Of a stretch of DNA of 64,000 nt, positions 47,535 through 56,596 are shown piece after piece; position 1 is the first letter of the stretch; every line of letters starts with the position of its first letter. The notes under the pieces were generated by a model, which was given only the letters and a program-made list of their open reading frames with translations, did not search any database and was not told the DNA's origin. Both the position numbers and the translations under genes were made by a program. Source of the stretch: a virus; IMG/VR virus record IMGVR_UViG_3300004369_000001, positions 43,784 to 107,783 of that record. One strand, written 5' to 3'.

Positions 47535-47965
47535 ACCTTTAACTCTTTTTCTGTGAGGATCACAAAACTCATTTTACGATCTGCACAATATTCTCTTGCT
47601 GCCTTCCATTTCGCATCATTGACAGCATAGGTCTTGACTTCTGTTAGATATTTCTTTGTTACTCTTTTTTGCTTTTTGGGGGGATGAGTCTGCGACTTTG
47701 GTTTAACTTCGATAATGAGCTTCGTAGACCTTCCGTCCCTGGTCCTTGCTCTAACATAGAAGTCTGGAAAATAACGATGAACCCTACCGTCAACAGGACT
47801 AATGTAGGGGATGATAATCTCTTCACTGCCCCACTCCAAGACATTTTCATTTTTGTCGCACCAAACCATGAATTTTCTCTCCCACAAACTTCTATAAATA
47901 ATATTTGTAGGATCACCCTTATATTTTGTTGGATTTGAAGGTCTGTATCGTCCTGAGTAACTCAT
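47531..47965 (-). CDS. gp4: head completion nuclease gp4 (start revised to MSYSGRY)
   Basis: YKGDPTNIIYRSLWERKFM...HRYFPDF...IEVKP...NDAKWKAA. Confidence 0.93.
   Translation of the reverse strand: MSYSGRYRPSNPTKYKGDPTNIIYRSLWERKFMVWCDKNENVLEWGSEEIIIPYISPVDGRVHRYFPDFYVRARTRDGRSTKLIIEVKPKSQTHPPKKQKRVTKKYLTEVKTYAVNDAKWKAAREYCADRKMSFVILTEKELKV
47893..47900 (+). promoter_or_regulatory. late promoter for gp48-gp53, inside gp4
   Basis: Exact TATAAATA. Confidence 0.75.
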
Positions 47966-47968
47966 TAG

Positions 47969-49003
47969 ATGTCTCTCCTTATCTTTCCTAGAGCTAAACC
48001 ATATGGTGCTACGCAATCTGAGTTGAGAGGCAAGATCTCTAGACAAGAGGCGTATCCCACTACTGTTATCGATTATTTGAAGATTGACATCTACGATAGT
48101 CAAGCAAATAACCCGTATAACAATATTGGGGCTAAGGACGATGGTACTATTGCGAGGACAATTTATTTATACTTGCCAAACAAGCTTGCTGAGCAGTATA
48201 GCACAAATTACACCAACCAGAAACTAGGTGCTGTAGGTGCTAAGGCAATTGGTATGGTGAATGGTGAAGGTGACTTCACTGAGCAGATTAAAGGTGCTGC
48301 ACAATCAGGTAAGGCACAACTCGGATTCAAAATGGGATCTGATGCTATTAACACAGTTGTTAGTCTTACAGGCGGATCTTCAAATCTAAGCGCAAACAGT
48401 CTGTCTGCTTTGACTCAGAAAAGAGTTTTCAATCCCTATGAAGAGACTACATTTGAAGGGATGAATTTCAGGACACATAACTTCAACATGAAACTTGTGC
48501 CCAAAGATGGTGCTGACGTTGCAGTGATTCAAGAGATCATTCAGACACTCAGACTGGCAATGCTCCCTGGTAAGGGTGGCGATACTGGCACTTGGTTGAC
48601 TATTCCTGACTTCTTTAGACTGTCCATCGTTAGATATAGCGATGATGGTGGAAAGGAGAAGATCAGCAAACCCAAAGGTAACGCAGCAGGGTTGTCTAAC
48701 CTGTTTAAGTTTCCCAAGAAAATGGTCCTTAAGGACATGTCGATTGATTATTCACCTGATGGAAACTATGCAAGCTTGATGAGTCATTTTGGCGATAAAA
48801 CAGCAGATTACGGTCCTGTGTCTTATCAGATCGGTCTAACATTTGCCGAAACAGGTCTGCTCACCAAGAATGACTACGATCCAAACTTTGAATATAACAG
48901 TGATGGTGAGTGGAATTTTGATCAACTCAAAATTGGTGATGATGATAAAGAAGGTGAAGATAATGCGGAAACAACAGAAACTGGAACGGGGGCATCTGAG
49001 TAA
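47969..49003 (+). CDS. gp48: baseplate tail-tube cap gp48
   Basis: IYLYLPNKL...VFNPYEETTFEGMNFRTHNF...PDFFRL...IGLTFAE. Confidence 0.85.
   Translation: MSLLIFPRAKPYGATQSELRGKISRQEAYPTTVIDYLKIDIYDSQANNPYNNIGAKDDGTIARTIYLYLPNKLAEQYSTNYTNQKLGAVGAKAIGMVNGEGDFTEQIKGAAQSGKAQLGFKMGSDAINTVVSLTGGSSNLSANSLSALTQKRVFNPYEETTFEGMNFRTHNFNMKLVPKDGADVAVIQEIIQTLRLAMLPGKGGDTGTWLTIPDFFRLSIVRYSDDGGKEKISKPKGNAAGLSNLFKFPKKMVLKDMSIDYSPDGNYASLMSHFGDKTADYGPVSYQIGLTFAETGLLTKNDYDPNFEYNSDGEWNFDQLKIGDDDKEGEDNAETTETGTGASE
48164..48171 (-). promoter_or_regulatory. late promoter for gp4-gp2, inside gp48
   Basis: Exact TATAAATA on the minus strand. Confidence 0.7.
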
Positions 49004-49920
49004 TGAGCAAATATTTTACATATCTCCCAGAGGTTAATATTCGCAAAACTGGGTTTAGGAATGATAGCACTAGCCCATACTACAGAGCAAAAAATCTTTT
49101 CAGAAGGATCAAAATCAGAGATAACCTCACTGACATTATCCTCGGTTTCGAGAAGTATTACATCAAAAACGGCGAAAGACCAGATCAACTGAGTCAGAAG
49201 TTTTATGGCACAACTCAGTATGACTGGGTTATTCTGTTGTGCAATAATATCATCAATATCTACCAAGATTGGCCAGTTACAGAAACTGAGTTATACGAGA
49301 TTGTCAAGAGAAAGTATGGTTTTACCTCTGATGACCAATTGGGTGGTGTGCATCATTATGTGACTCAAGAAGTCAGACATAGCAATGGTATGGTTTTAGT
49401 GCCTGCAGATTTGGAGGTGTCCGATACCTTCACATATACCAGATCTGACGGCACAGTCGTTCCTAGAAACCAGTTAATAAGACCCATTTCATACTACGAG
49501 CATGAAATGTTTGAGAATGAGAGAAAACGTATGGTTTACATTCTCAAGCGTGATTACCTAAATGACTTCAAAGAGGAATTCTTCCAACTCACGCAATATC
49601 TGCCGAGTGATGAAGTTGACGAAGAAACTGGTGTGAAGACGACATTCCAAGTTGTCGAAGAAAACTTCACAGCGCAGAAAGAGGTATATACCTCGGATAT
49701 TGGAAAAACGCCAAGTATCGACTTCCTCGCAGATCAGCAATTTACCAATAGAGTCTATAATAGTAGCACTGGAGAGGCAGTTACTGGATTTACTGACGCT
49801 TCCTCTACACTGGATCCCTTCTCAGCCTCTGGATCGTTTACTCTCACATCTACTGATGCTGCCACCAATCAGTCTGCAAGTAGTGTGGGCAATACTCAAA
49901 CGAATACTAACGGATACTGA
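49003..49920 (+). CDS. gp53: baseplate wedge gp53
   Basis: YFTYLP...KNLFRR...GERPDQLSQKFYG..YDWVILLCNNI...HHYVT. Confidence 0.92.
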   Translation: MSKYFTYLPEVNIRKTGFRNDSTSPYYRAKNLFRRIKIRDNLTDIILGFEKYYIKNGERPDQLSQKFYGTTQYDWVILLCNNIINIYQDWPVTETELYEIVKRKYGFTSDDQLGGVHHYVTQEVRHSNGMVLVPADLEVSDTFTYTRSDGTVVPRNQLIRPISYYEHEMFENERKRMVYILKRDYLNDFKEEFFQLTQYLPSDEVDEETGVKTTFQVVEENFTAQKEVYTSDIGKTPSIDFLADQQFTNRVYNSSTGEAVTGFTDASSTLDPFSASGSFTLTSTDAATNQSASSVGNTQTNTNGY

Positions 49921-49942
49921 TTTTCTAAAAAACCCTGGGGGC

Positions 49943-49976
49943 AAAAAAATACCCCGCGTTTTTTAGCGGGGTATTT
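49943..49976. terminator. bidirectional intrinsic terminator between convergent genes
   Basis: A-tract, ATACCCCGC/GCGGGGTAT stem, then TTT. Confidence 0.8.
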
Positions 49977-49999
49977 GTAATCGAAAAGTCATTTTTGTT

Positions 50000-50350
50000 T
50001 TACCACCCACAAGGAATTCTAACCTTGTCTCGGTATACCCTGACGTAACCTGGGGTATGACTGTTGCCTGGGATGTATTCTTCACGATACTCCTGCCTGT
50101 AGCAGACCCTTTCAGGTCTTGGGCGTGAGTAATGATGATGGTGGTGATGATGGTCCTCAGTGAAAGGTTCCCAAAACTCTTTCCAGGTTACTGCTTGAGC
50201 AGGAGATGCAAACCCAACTAGCACCACCGAAGCAGCAAGTAGTTTTGCCTTGAGAGCAGCACGACGCTTCTTCGCTTGGCGCAGCGCCTGAGGTTTCAGG
50301 GTGCGCTTTGCTTCTTTCTTAGAATGGTGTTGCCAGTTGGGTGTTGTCAT
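50000..50350 (-). CDS. hypothetical protein: basic N-terminus, signal-like segment, His7 run
   Basis: 116 aa ORF, TGATG-coupled to gp32. Confidence 0.7.
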   Translation of the reverse strand: MTTPNWQHHSKKEAKRTLKPQALRQAKKRRAALKAKLLAASVVLVGFASPAQAVTWKEFWEPFTEDHHHHHHHYSRPRPERVCYRQEYREEYIPGNSHTPGYVRVYRDKVRIPCGW

Positions 50351-51246
50351 CAGTCGTCCTCAGCGAGTCGCTCGAAGTATGAGAGGTCCACATCATCGGA
50401 CTCCTCTTTGAAAGATTCTACACGAGTGCCAAACCCTTTAGTAGGGGGCGGTGTGACAGTTTCTTCTTCGTCCTCGAAAGACTCATCAAGGACGTTGCCA
50501 ACACGAGGGGACTGCTTCAGCACTTCACTCAGACGCTTTTCCAATTGCTCATAGGTCTTGAATTGATCTTGAGAATTGAATGCCTTCAGAGAGTAGGAGC
50601 GACGCCAGATCTCTTCCAGTTGATCGTCATCGAAGTTGCCGAGAGTAGACGGGTTGGCGAAACTAGACTTATCATAATTCCAGTATCCAGCAACCTTACA
50701 GATCTTCAGTCGGAAGTCTGCACCCTGCCAAAGATCGAAGGGGTTGATGGGGGTCTCATCTTCAAACTCAGGTTGTGCTGCAGTGCGAATCTTATCATAG
50801 ATACGCTTACCATATTTATACAGGAAGACTTTTCCTTCATTCTCAGGATTCATCTCGTCCTTAACAACATAAATGTTGCTGTAGTAGGACAGTTTACGCT
50901 TCTGTTTCCGAGCGGTCTCCTTGTCTACATCGCTGCCACTATTCCACAACTCTCGGTTGAGGTCGGACACGGGGTCCTTCTGATTCAAAGTGGTCAGAGA
51001 GTTTTCAATATACCATCCACCAGGACCTTGGAAAGCGTGACTCCACACCTGCACCCAGGGGAAGTCCTCACCATCAGGCTCGGGGAGGAAGCGAATGACT
51101 GCGTAACCGTTACCACTCTTATCCAAGGTGGGTTTCCAGAAACGCTCGTCTACGTTAGCACCAGCGGGTTTAGAAAGTTTCTCAATCTCTTTGGTCAGTT
51201 TGGCGAAGGAAGATCCAGAAGACTTCTTCAGTGCTGCAAAAGACAT
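50350..51246 (-). CDS. gp32: single-stranded DNA-binding protein gp32 (start revised to MSFAALKK)
   Basis: DERFWKP..DKSGNGYAVIRFLP...WYIENSLTT...acidic C-terminus. Confidence 0.96.
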   Translation of the reverse strand: MSFAALKKSSGSSFAKLTKEIEKLSKPAGANVDERFWKPTLDKSGNGYAVIRFLPEPDGEDFPWVQVWSHAFQGPGGWYIENSLTTLNQKDPVSDLNRELWNSGSDVDKETARKQKRKLSYYSNIYVVKDEMNPENEGKVFLYKYGKRIYDKIRTAAQPEFEDETPINPFDLWQGADFRLKICKVAGYWNYDKSSFANPSTLGNFDDDQLEEIWRRSYSLKAFNSQDQFKTYEQLEKRLSEVLKQSPRVGNVLDESFEDEEETVTPPPTKGFGTRVESFKEESDDVDLSYFERLAEDD

Positions 51247-51294
51247 GTTTGTATTCTCCGTATTTAATGTGTGTGGTCTGTGTGCCACCATGTA

Positions 51295-51323
51295 ATGATG
51301 GCATAGTATTTAGGCGTTGTCAA
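51295..51323 (-). promoter_or_regulatory. sigma70-type promoter with nested late-like box
   Basis: TTGACA, 17 nt spacer containing CTAAATA, then CATCAT. Confidence 0.55.
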
Positions 51324-51670
51324 GTGGTTGATTTCAATTCCCGACGCCACTCCTGAAGTTTGTCCTCCATCATCTGAAGGATCTGCATGAGATTCATTCC
51401 GCCAGAATAGATCTCAGACATCTTGTCCACTCGATCCTTGACGAAGGACACTTCTTCTTGTGTCCCTGGCTCGTGGGAAGCAAGGGCAAGACGAGCATAG
51501 AAGACTTTCTGCTTGGCAATCAACTCAAGAGTCTTCTCAATATGATCCAATTTTTGTTGGGGGTTGAAGTCTTTAAGACCTGCAGACATCTTGAGCAGAT
51601 CTGTGTAGGTAGTCTGGATGTCTTCCATCTCTTTTGCTACCTGCTCTGTCTGGAAAAAACTGTCACTCAC
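51320..51670 (-). CDS. DUF1825-like protein
   Basis: FFQTEQVAKEMEDIQ...LIAKQKVFYARLAL; usual neighbour of gp32. Confidence 0.7.
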   Translation of the reverse strand: MSDSFFQTEQVAKEMEDIQTTYTDLLKMSAGLKDFNPQQKLDHIEKTLELIAKQKVFYARLALASHEPGTQEEVSFVKDRVDKMSEIYSGGMNLMQILQMMEDKLQEWRRELKSTT

Positions 51671-51912
51671 AATGGTAACACTCCTCTACTTGTTCGTTTT
51701 ACATAATTGAGTTTTTGTGCATCCCATTTGAGTTTGTCCTTCAGAGGACGAGAGATTAGTTTGTTAACGATCTCAATTTCAATCTCATATTCCTCACAAA
51801 TTGTGGTGACTGCCTCAATGTAATTCAACAGACCACCACTATCTTTCACCAACTCTTCAACTAATGATGTAAATTTGCCTTGTGTCATAAATTCCTTTTC
51901 AAGTTCATCCAT
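51667..51912 (-). CDS. gp33: late transcription coactivator gp33
   Basis: YIEAVTTICEE..IEIE..KLISRPLKDKLKWDAQKLNY. Confidence 0.9.
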   Translation of the reverse strand: MDELEKEFMTQGKFTSLVEELVKDSGGLLNYIEAVTTICEEYEIEIEIVNKLISRPLKDKLKWDAQKLNYVKRTSRGVLPL

Positions 51913-52537
51913 TGGGCAGGACCTCCAGTCTCATTCTAGAGACTCCACCAGATTCTATCAGACCTGACGGAAAAGCGTTAGCAGCAATGGTCATTCTAGG
52001 CATACTTGTTGTGTTTGGTTGTGCATAATGCCTAATTGTGGGTGGAAATACTATAAACTTTCCAGGCTCAGTAGGCTCCTCATGTGTGAGGTGATATTTG
52101 AAGTCAGTATAGTCACCGAAGGGACTAATATTCGTTGCCGAGTAGTAAGGATTGGGATACAACCACACCGTCTTGTCTTGTGGCTCTCCTGTTGCATAGT
52201 AATTGCTAGACAGGAAGCAGTTGGGGTGGGTGTGGTCAAAGAAATAGTCACCAGGATCATTCTTGTTTGCCCAAGATGAAACCAGAGTCATTTTCTCTGC
52301 ATGTGGTGCTATGTCTTGTCGGACTTCCTCTAGGCATTCATTGATCCAATCAAATAGATCTTTGAATTGAGGAAGGGTGTGCATGTCTTGGCCCTTTGCA
52401 TTTTGTTTGATGCCACCCCAGATATAATTTGTATCGTTGCGAATCCATTCCAACTTGGACATTTCATCGGCAACATATTCTACATCACCAGGATAGTAGA
52501 ATCTATAGAAGGGTATACCTAGGAATGTATCTTTCAT
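51905..52537 (-). CDS. putative Fe(II)/2OG oxygenase, TIGR02466-like
   Basis: SSWAN...HTHPNCFLSSNYY...GKFIVFPPTIRH...RMTIAAN. Confidence 0.85.
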   Translation of the reverse strand: MKDTFLGIPFYRFYYPGDVEYVADEMSKLEWIRNDTNYIWGGIKQNAKGQDMHTLPQFKDLFDWINECLEEVRQDIAPHAEKMTLVSSWANKNDPGDYFFDHTHPNCFLSSNYYATGEPQDKTVWLYPNPYYSATNISPFGDYTDFKYHLTHEEPTEPGKFIVFPPTIRHYAQPNTTSMPRMTIAANAFPSGLIESGGVSRMRLEVLPNG

Positions 52538-53223
52538 AGGGACTTAACATACTCACGATACTCCTTGATGTAATCAATCAAGGTGTTTACATAATCTTCT
52601 TTGTTATATCGTTGCTCAACCTGCATCTCTCCGCTTTCAGAAACAGAGATAGTGACAAGTTTATCAACCTCTAAACCAGTATGCTCATAATACATGTATG
52701 CATATGCTGAGCACTGGACGAAATAATTCTCTAGGTATTTAGTCTTCTTCAATTCCTTGGTAGTCTTGAAGTCAATTACAGCAAGCTCACCATCAAACTC
52801 AGCAAGACAGTCAACACGACCAGCAAGACCGAGAGCAGCAGAGTGAAGAGGGGACTCAATAAGGTGAATGTTATTGATCCGATCAAGATCCTTACGAGCA
52901 GCCCTGAAAAGGTAGTTGGTAAGACCTTGACCTTCCTCAGGTTTAAGTGATTTCTTATACATCTCCGTATACTGATTACGAAGATAAGACTCAACTAAAT
53001 TGTGGAATTTCGTGCCTCTCCAAGAAGATGCCATTCGGATCTTCTCTGCTTCAGTGTATCCAACACGTTTTTGCCAGGCAAGGATGCCTGCCTTGGACTG
53101 ATGTCCAATAACTGTGGTGACAGAAGGCACCCAGGTGCCGTCAAGTTTATAGAAACGACCCTGAGTGAGTGTCCTAGATTCTAATTCAGGGATTTCACAA
53201 GGGGGACCAACATAATCAAACAT
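52534..53223 (-). CDS. PD-(D/E)XK exonuclease
   Basis: PSVTTV...RGTKFH...LAGRVDCLAEFDGELAVIDFKT...YFVQCSAYA. Confidence 0.9.
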   Translation of the reverse strand: MFDYVGPPCEIPELESRTLTQGRFYKLDGTWVPSVTTVIGHQSKAGILAWQKRVGYTEAEKIRMASSWRGTKFHNLVESYLRNQYTEMYKKSLKPEEGQGLTNYLFRAARKDLDRINNIHLIESPLHSAALGLAGRVDCLAEFDGELAVIDFKTTKELKKTKYLENYFVQCSAYAYMYYEHTGLEVDKLVTISVSESGEMQVEQRYNKEDYVNTLIDYIKEYREYVKSL

Positions 53224-53229
53224 AATGAA

Positions 53230-53982
53230 TCAATAACCTAGACTGATTTTACTTACCAGATACTCTTTGACAAGTCCAGATCTAACAATGTCATCAATAC
53301 CAAACTCAGTGCAGGTAAAGGAGGGCATATTCTTTAGGATCTTCATGAAGTCTAGGACTCCATCTTTCTCCCAATTTTTAACCAAGTCAGACTGGAAATA
53401 GTCTCCAGAGAAAATGATGCGACAGTTTTCACCAACCCTAGTGATCATTGAGTCAAGCTCGTGGAAGTTGAGGTTGGAAAACTCGTCAACAATAATGATG
53501 CAATCATCCATAGTAACACCACGGACGAATGAGGTGGACCAGAAAGAGATAGTTTCCTGTGCTCTCAGATTTGCATACAATGCTTCAAACGAATTCTCGT
53601 CTGGCATCTGGAACATATATTTTACCATATTCTTGTAGGGAATTTGGTAAAGGTTGGACTTATCTTCATGGTCTCCAGGAAGGAAACCAATCTCTCTGGT
53701 AGGGACAAGAGATCTAATCATATAGACCTTCTCATAGGGAGAAGCAGGATTTAGACACTCTTGCAGTGCAAGGTACAAACTAATAAAGGTCTTACCAGTG
53801 CCAGCGGCACCATGTAAGACCAAGTTTTGTCCTTTGGCAAAGGCGTCCCAAACAACTCTCTGATTATCTGTGAGAGGTTCGATGGTCTTGAGATGCTCCA
53901 GGTTGATTGGTTTCTTCCTTCGCATCTGCTTCGCAGTCATACCATTCTTGAATTCTGGTATGGTGTTCTTTGCTCTTGGCAT
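53230..53982 (-). CDS. phoH: PhoH-family ATPase
   Basis: GAAGTGKT, IGFLPG, RGVT..IIVDE, IVRSGLVK. Confidence 0.95.
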   Translation of the reverse strand: MPRAKNTIPEFKNGMTAKQMRRKKPINLEHLKTIEPLTDNQRVVWDAFAKGQNLVLHGAAGTGKTFISLYLALQECLNPASPYEKVYMIRSLVPTREIGFLPGDHEDKSNLYQIPYKNMVKYMFQMPDENSFEALYANLRAQETISFWSTSFVRGVTMDDCIIIVDEFSNLNFHELDSMITRVGENCRIIFSGDYFQSDLVKNWEKDGVLDFMKILKNMPSFTCTEFGIDDIVRSGLVKEYLVSKISLGY

Positions 53983-54215
53983 TAGGTGTAATTACTAAGG
54001 TTTGCTCGTGGGTGCTCAGATTGGATCTTTTGCATCACCTCTTTGAATCCATCAGACTGTTTGGGTTTGCCGTAGGTAGTGCCTCCGACTCCCTCCATCC
54101 AGTCACGATCCCAGTCAGGATTTTCCTCCCTCCAGGTTGAGTATTCTTTCATGGTCATTGAGAGAGTTTGTTTCTCTCCTGTGACCTTATTTATCACGGG
54201 GTATGTAGGCATCAT
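53982..54215 (-). CDS. conserved small protein (FmdB-like position)
   Basis: MPTYPVINKVTGE; usual position between thyX and phoH. Confidence 0.75.
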   Translation of the reverse strand: MMPTYPVINKVTGEKQTLSMTMKEYSTWREENPDWDRDWMEGVGGTTYGKPKQSDGFKEVMQKIQSEHPRANLSNYT

Positions 54216-54934
54216 TCAATAAGGATAGAGGGTTGATCGAAGCACTCTTCATTGCACTTGCAGTCTACACAATCCCAGTCAAGTGCCTTGGCAGTGATAG
54301 GAAACTTGCAGATGAAATGTTGTTTGCACAGGGTAGCAATGTCCATGTGCTCTTTTTGTGTGCCATGGGCAGACCGAAGGTCGATGTAATGAATCCATGA
54401 CCGCACAGAGCCAGTCATGTAAATCTTGGTGGGCGTTGCCAAGGGAAGCACAAAGCGAGCACATTCCTTTGCCACCCCCGCCCGAAGCAATTCGTTGTAG
54501 AGGTCCATACCTTCAGCAAAATACTGATAGATACGACCGTGGAAGAATGCTTTATCCTCAGGAGAGATATCGTCAATAGAATTCTGTCGATTCTTAGTGT
54601 CCTGTGACCTCAGATCAGGGACAGGGATGTGATTGGACAGAAGATTGGTGTCAGCATAACGCTGAGAGAACTCTTGATATGTGAAGGATCTATGACGAAG
54701 TATTTGAGCTGCGATGCCCCTGGTAGTGTTAATCTCAAGGGTCATATGCGCCTGCTCAAAGACGCTCCAGTGCCCATGTTTGATGCAATATGCAAGGAGA
54801 CCAGCAACGTTAGGGTTTTCCTGGTTGCTGGGGTTACTCACACGAGCAACATACCCCATGGTCTTCTCTGCATCTGGAGTAGCAGACACAAAGCAGACCT
54901 TAGGGGTAGCAATTTCAATAACAGGTTTAGTCAT
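54212..54934 (-). CDS. thyX: flavin-dependent thymidylate synthase
   Basis: HGHWSVFE, QILRHRSFTYQEFSQRY, AKECARFVLP, HGTQKEH. Confidence 0.97.
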   Translation of the reverse strand: MTKPVIEIATPKVCFVSATPDAEKTMGYVARVSNPSNQENPNVAGLLAYCIKHGHWSVFEQAHMTLEINTTRGIAAQILRHRSFTYQEFSQRYADTNLLSNHIPVPDLRSQDTKNRQNSIDDISPEDKAFFHGRIYQYFAEGMDLYNELLRAGVAKECARFVLPLATPTKIYMTGSVRSWIHYIDLRSAHGTQKEHMDIATLCKQHFICKFPITAKALDWDCVDCKCNEECFDQPSILIE

Positions 54935-55205
54935 TACGATTAAAGAGGATTGAGGACATTACAACAAGACCAAACGCTTTGAGGTAACCGATAGTTGCCA
55001 GACCAAACAGTCCAGGCATCAACCAATTCCAGATTAGCATAAGAATCACAGGACTAACAAAGAGTCTAGTGAGAGTGGCAACAACTTTCTTGCCCATCTC
55101 AATCTTCTCTTTCTCCTCTAGTTGTTTGATGAGATCTTCTGAATCAGGGAGTGAGATGGTTTGTCCCTCTTCCCTGGGTCTCCTAGGGTCGAAGTAGACA
55201 CTCAT
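54927..55205 (-). CDS. membrane protein
   Basis: WNWLMPGLFGLATIGY; two hydrophobic helices. Confidence 0.75.
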   Translation of the reverse strand: MSVYFDPRRPREEGQTISLPDSEDLIKQLEEKEKIEMGKKVVATLTRLFVSPVILMLIWNWLMPGLFGLATIGYLKAFGLVVMSSILFNRND

Positions 55206-55645
55206 GCACCACGACCTCCCCAGATGATATCAGGGAATGCTTCATCAACAACTGCCTTGGTGATCCTATAACGCTTACTAAGGGACTTATTGATTGCCTT
55301 AACCAAGACCTGTGCCTCTTCATGGTGAAGACCTTCCAATGTCTGAATAAACATCGACTCAATCTTCATCTGAGGGAGATGATCCGCCCCACCCTTAAAG
55401 TAATAGTAAAACTTACTTGCTTGGGTCTCAAGGACAGTATGCTCTGTCCCCTGGGGTGCATCATTAGGTTTGTAAGGCACATCCTCACCAAGAGGGACTC
55501 TCGGTTTCAGGCTGTCATCATAATTCATAATGAAGATAGTCCTCAGAGCACTACTATTGTTGTCTCTGAGGATCTTGATCTTCTCTTGTTTTGTTTTTGC
55601 ATTGTGTGCTTTTTGTAGCACTTCAGAGATCATAAGTTTCATCAA
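55202..55645 (-). CDS. conserved T4-like hypothetical protein
   Basis: ISEVLQK...GEDVPYKPND...ESMFIQTLEGLH..EA. Confidence 0.8.
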   Translation of the reverse strand: MMKLMISEVLQKAHNAKTKQEKIKILRDNNSSALRTIFIMNYDDSLKPRVPLGEDVPYKPNDAPQGTEHTVLETQASKFYYYFKGGADHLPQMKIESMFIQTLEGLHHEEAQVLVKAINKSLSKRYRITKAVVDEAFPDIIWGGRGA

Positions 55646-55899
55646 TCATCCTCGTCATCAAATACATCGTTATCGATACGCAGGTAAAGAAGTTGCTGGT
55701 CTGTTAACTCTCCATCCTCATACATTTCGGGGTGCATCTTAATTGCTGCGTAGTCCGCCTTGGCGATCCAAACATCAAAAACATCCTTTAGATTCCAAGA
55801 TACTAAGAATCCAATAAAGAAACTTCCAATCGTGAGGAAGAAGGCAATATAAAGAAAGGATAAGTCCTGCATACGTTGCCCCCTAAATTCTCTAGTCAA
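55642..55899 (-). CDS. membrane-anchored hypothetical protein
   Basis: TM helix then HPEMYEDG; start probably MQDLSF. Confidence 0.7.
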   Translation of the reverse strand: MTREFRGQRMQDLSFLYIAFFLTIGSFFIGFLVSWNLKDVFDVWIAKADYAAIKMHPEMYEDGELTDQQLLYLRIDNDVFDDEDD

Positions 55900-55902
55900 T
55901 AA

Positions 55903-56286
55903 CTATTTAGTCTTCCTTCGGGAAGTTGTTTTATTTTTCGTCCCAGGTTTGCGTCCAGGCTTTCGCTCGGCAGCATACTTCCAGGAGTCTTCCAGCATAC
56001 CATAAAAGTATGTCTTTAACTTCTTGGCCTGCTGTTTCGTTAGATGTGCGTAGGCTTCCTTGAGAAATTTATCCTTCCCTTTGGTATATGTTTCCAGGTC
56101 CATGACCAACTCACTTAACCTGGCTGCCGTGGGGGATTCGATAAACTCTTGTGTATCACGCCGAGTCCACTTACCCAGTTTCAAGTAGTCGTACATCTTA
56201 AAGATGTATCGGTCATCAGCAAACGCAGAGTCGATCGCTCGATCAACCAACTCATACAATTCATGGGTGTTAATTTGACTCATCAC
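55903..56286 (-). CDS. hypothetical protein
   Basis: 127 aa, basic C-terminus. Confidence 0.75.
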   Translation of the reverse strand: MMSQINTHELYELVDRAIDSAFADDRYIFKMYDYLKLGKWTRRDTQEFIESPTAARLSELVMDLETYTKGKDKFLKEAYAHLTKQQAKKLKTYFYGMLEDSWKYAAERKPGRKPGTKNKTTSRRKTK

Positions 56287-56534
56287 AGATACTTGTTTTC
56301 CCTCAGAAATTTAACAGCTTCGGTGCATCCACCGACTTTTCTACCACCAACAATAACTTGTGGGAATGTAGCACGCTGACCAAACTCAGCGTAGAATTGA
56401 TCCCTAGTAAAGTTTGTGTTGAGCACATACTCAGCAAAGGACCAACCATTCATATTATACACCTCTTTGATCTTGGTGCAATATGGACAACCTGGGCGAG
56501 TGTAAATTGCTGTGTGCGATGGGGTTTTAGACAC
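56283..56534 (-). CDS. nrdC: glutaredoxin
   Basis: GCPYC, TFPQV, VGGC. Confidence 0.93.
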   Translation of the reverse strand: MSKTPSHTAIYTRPGCPYCTKIKEVYNMNGWSFAEYVLNTNFTRDQFYAEFGQRATFPQVIVGGRKVGGCTEAVKFLRENKYL

Positions 56535-56550
56535 GTTTACCTCCAGAAAT

Positions 56551-56573
56551 AAAAAAAGGGGTCCTAAGACCCC
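56551..56573 (-). terminator. intrinsic terminator after the beta-barrel gene
   Basis: GGGGTC-TTAG-GACCCC followed by T7. Confidence 0.85.
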
Positions 56574-56596
56574 AGTATTTAGTTGGTTATATTATA

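Noticed and set aside
10815-51267. Long + strand ORFs (e.g. 11154-11789, 20110-20802, 21565-22236, 45517-46251, 50545-51267)
   Set aside because: Antisense shadows of well-supported minus-strand genes, with no recognisable motifs.
52534-53223. Cas4 of a CRISPR system
   Set aside because: Lacks the four-Cys Fe-S pattern and sits in the usual phoH-exonuclease-gp33 context.
36476-53982. cp12, cpeT-like and phoH (and psbA) as novel or as evidence of host DNA
   Set aside because: Well-known cyanophage auxiliary genes embedded among T4 core genes.
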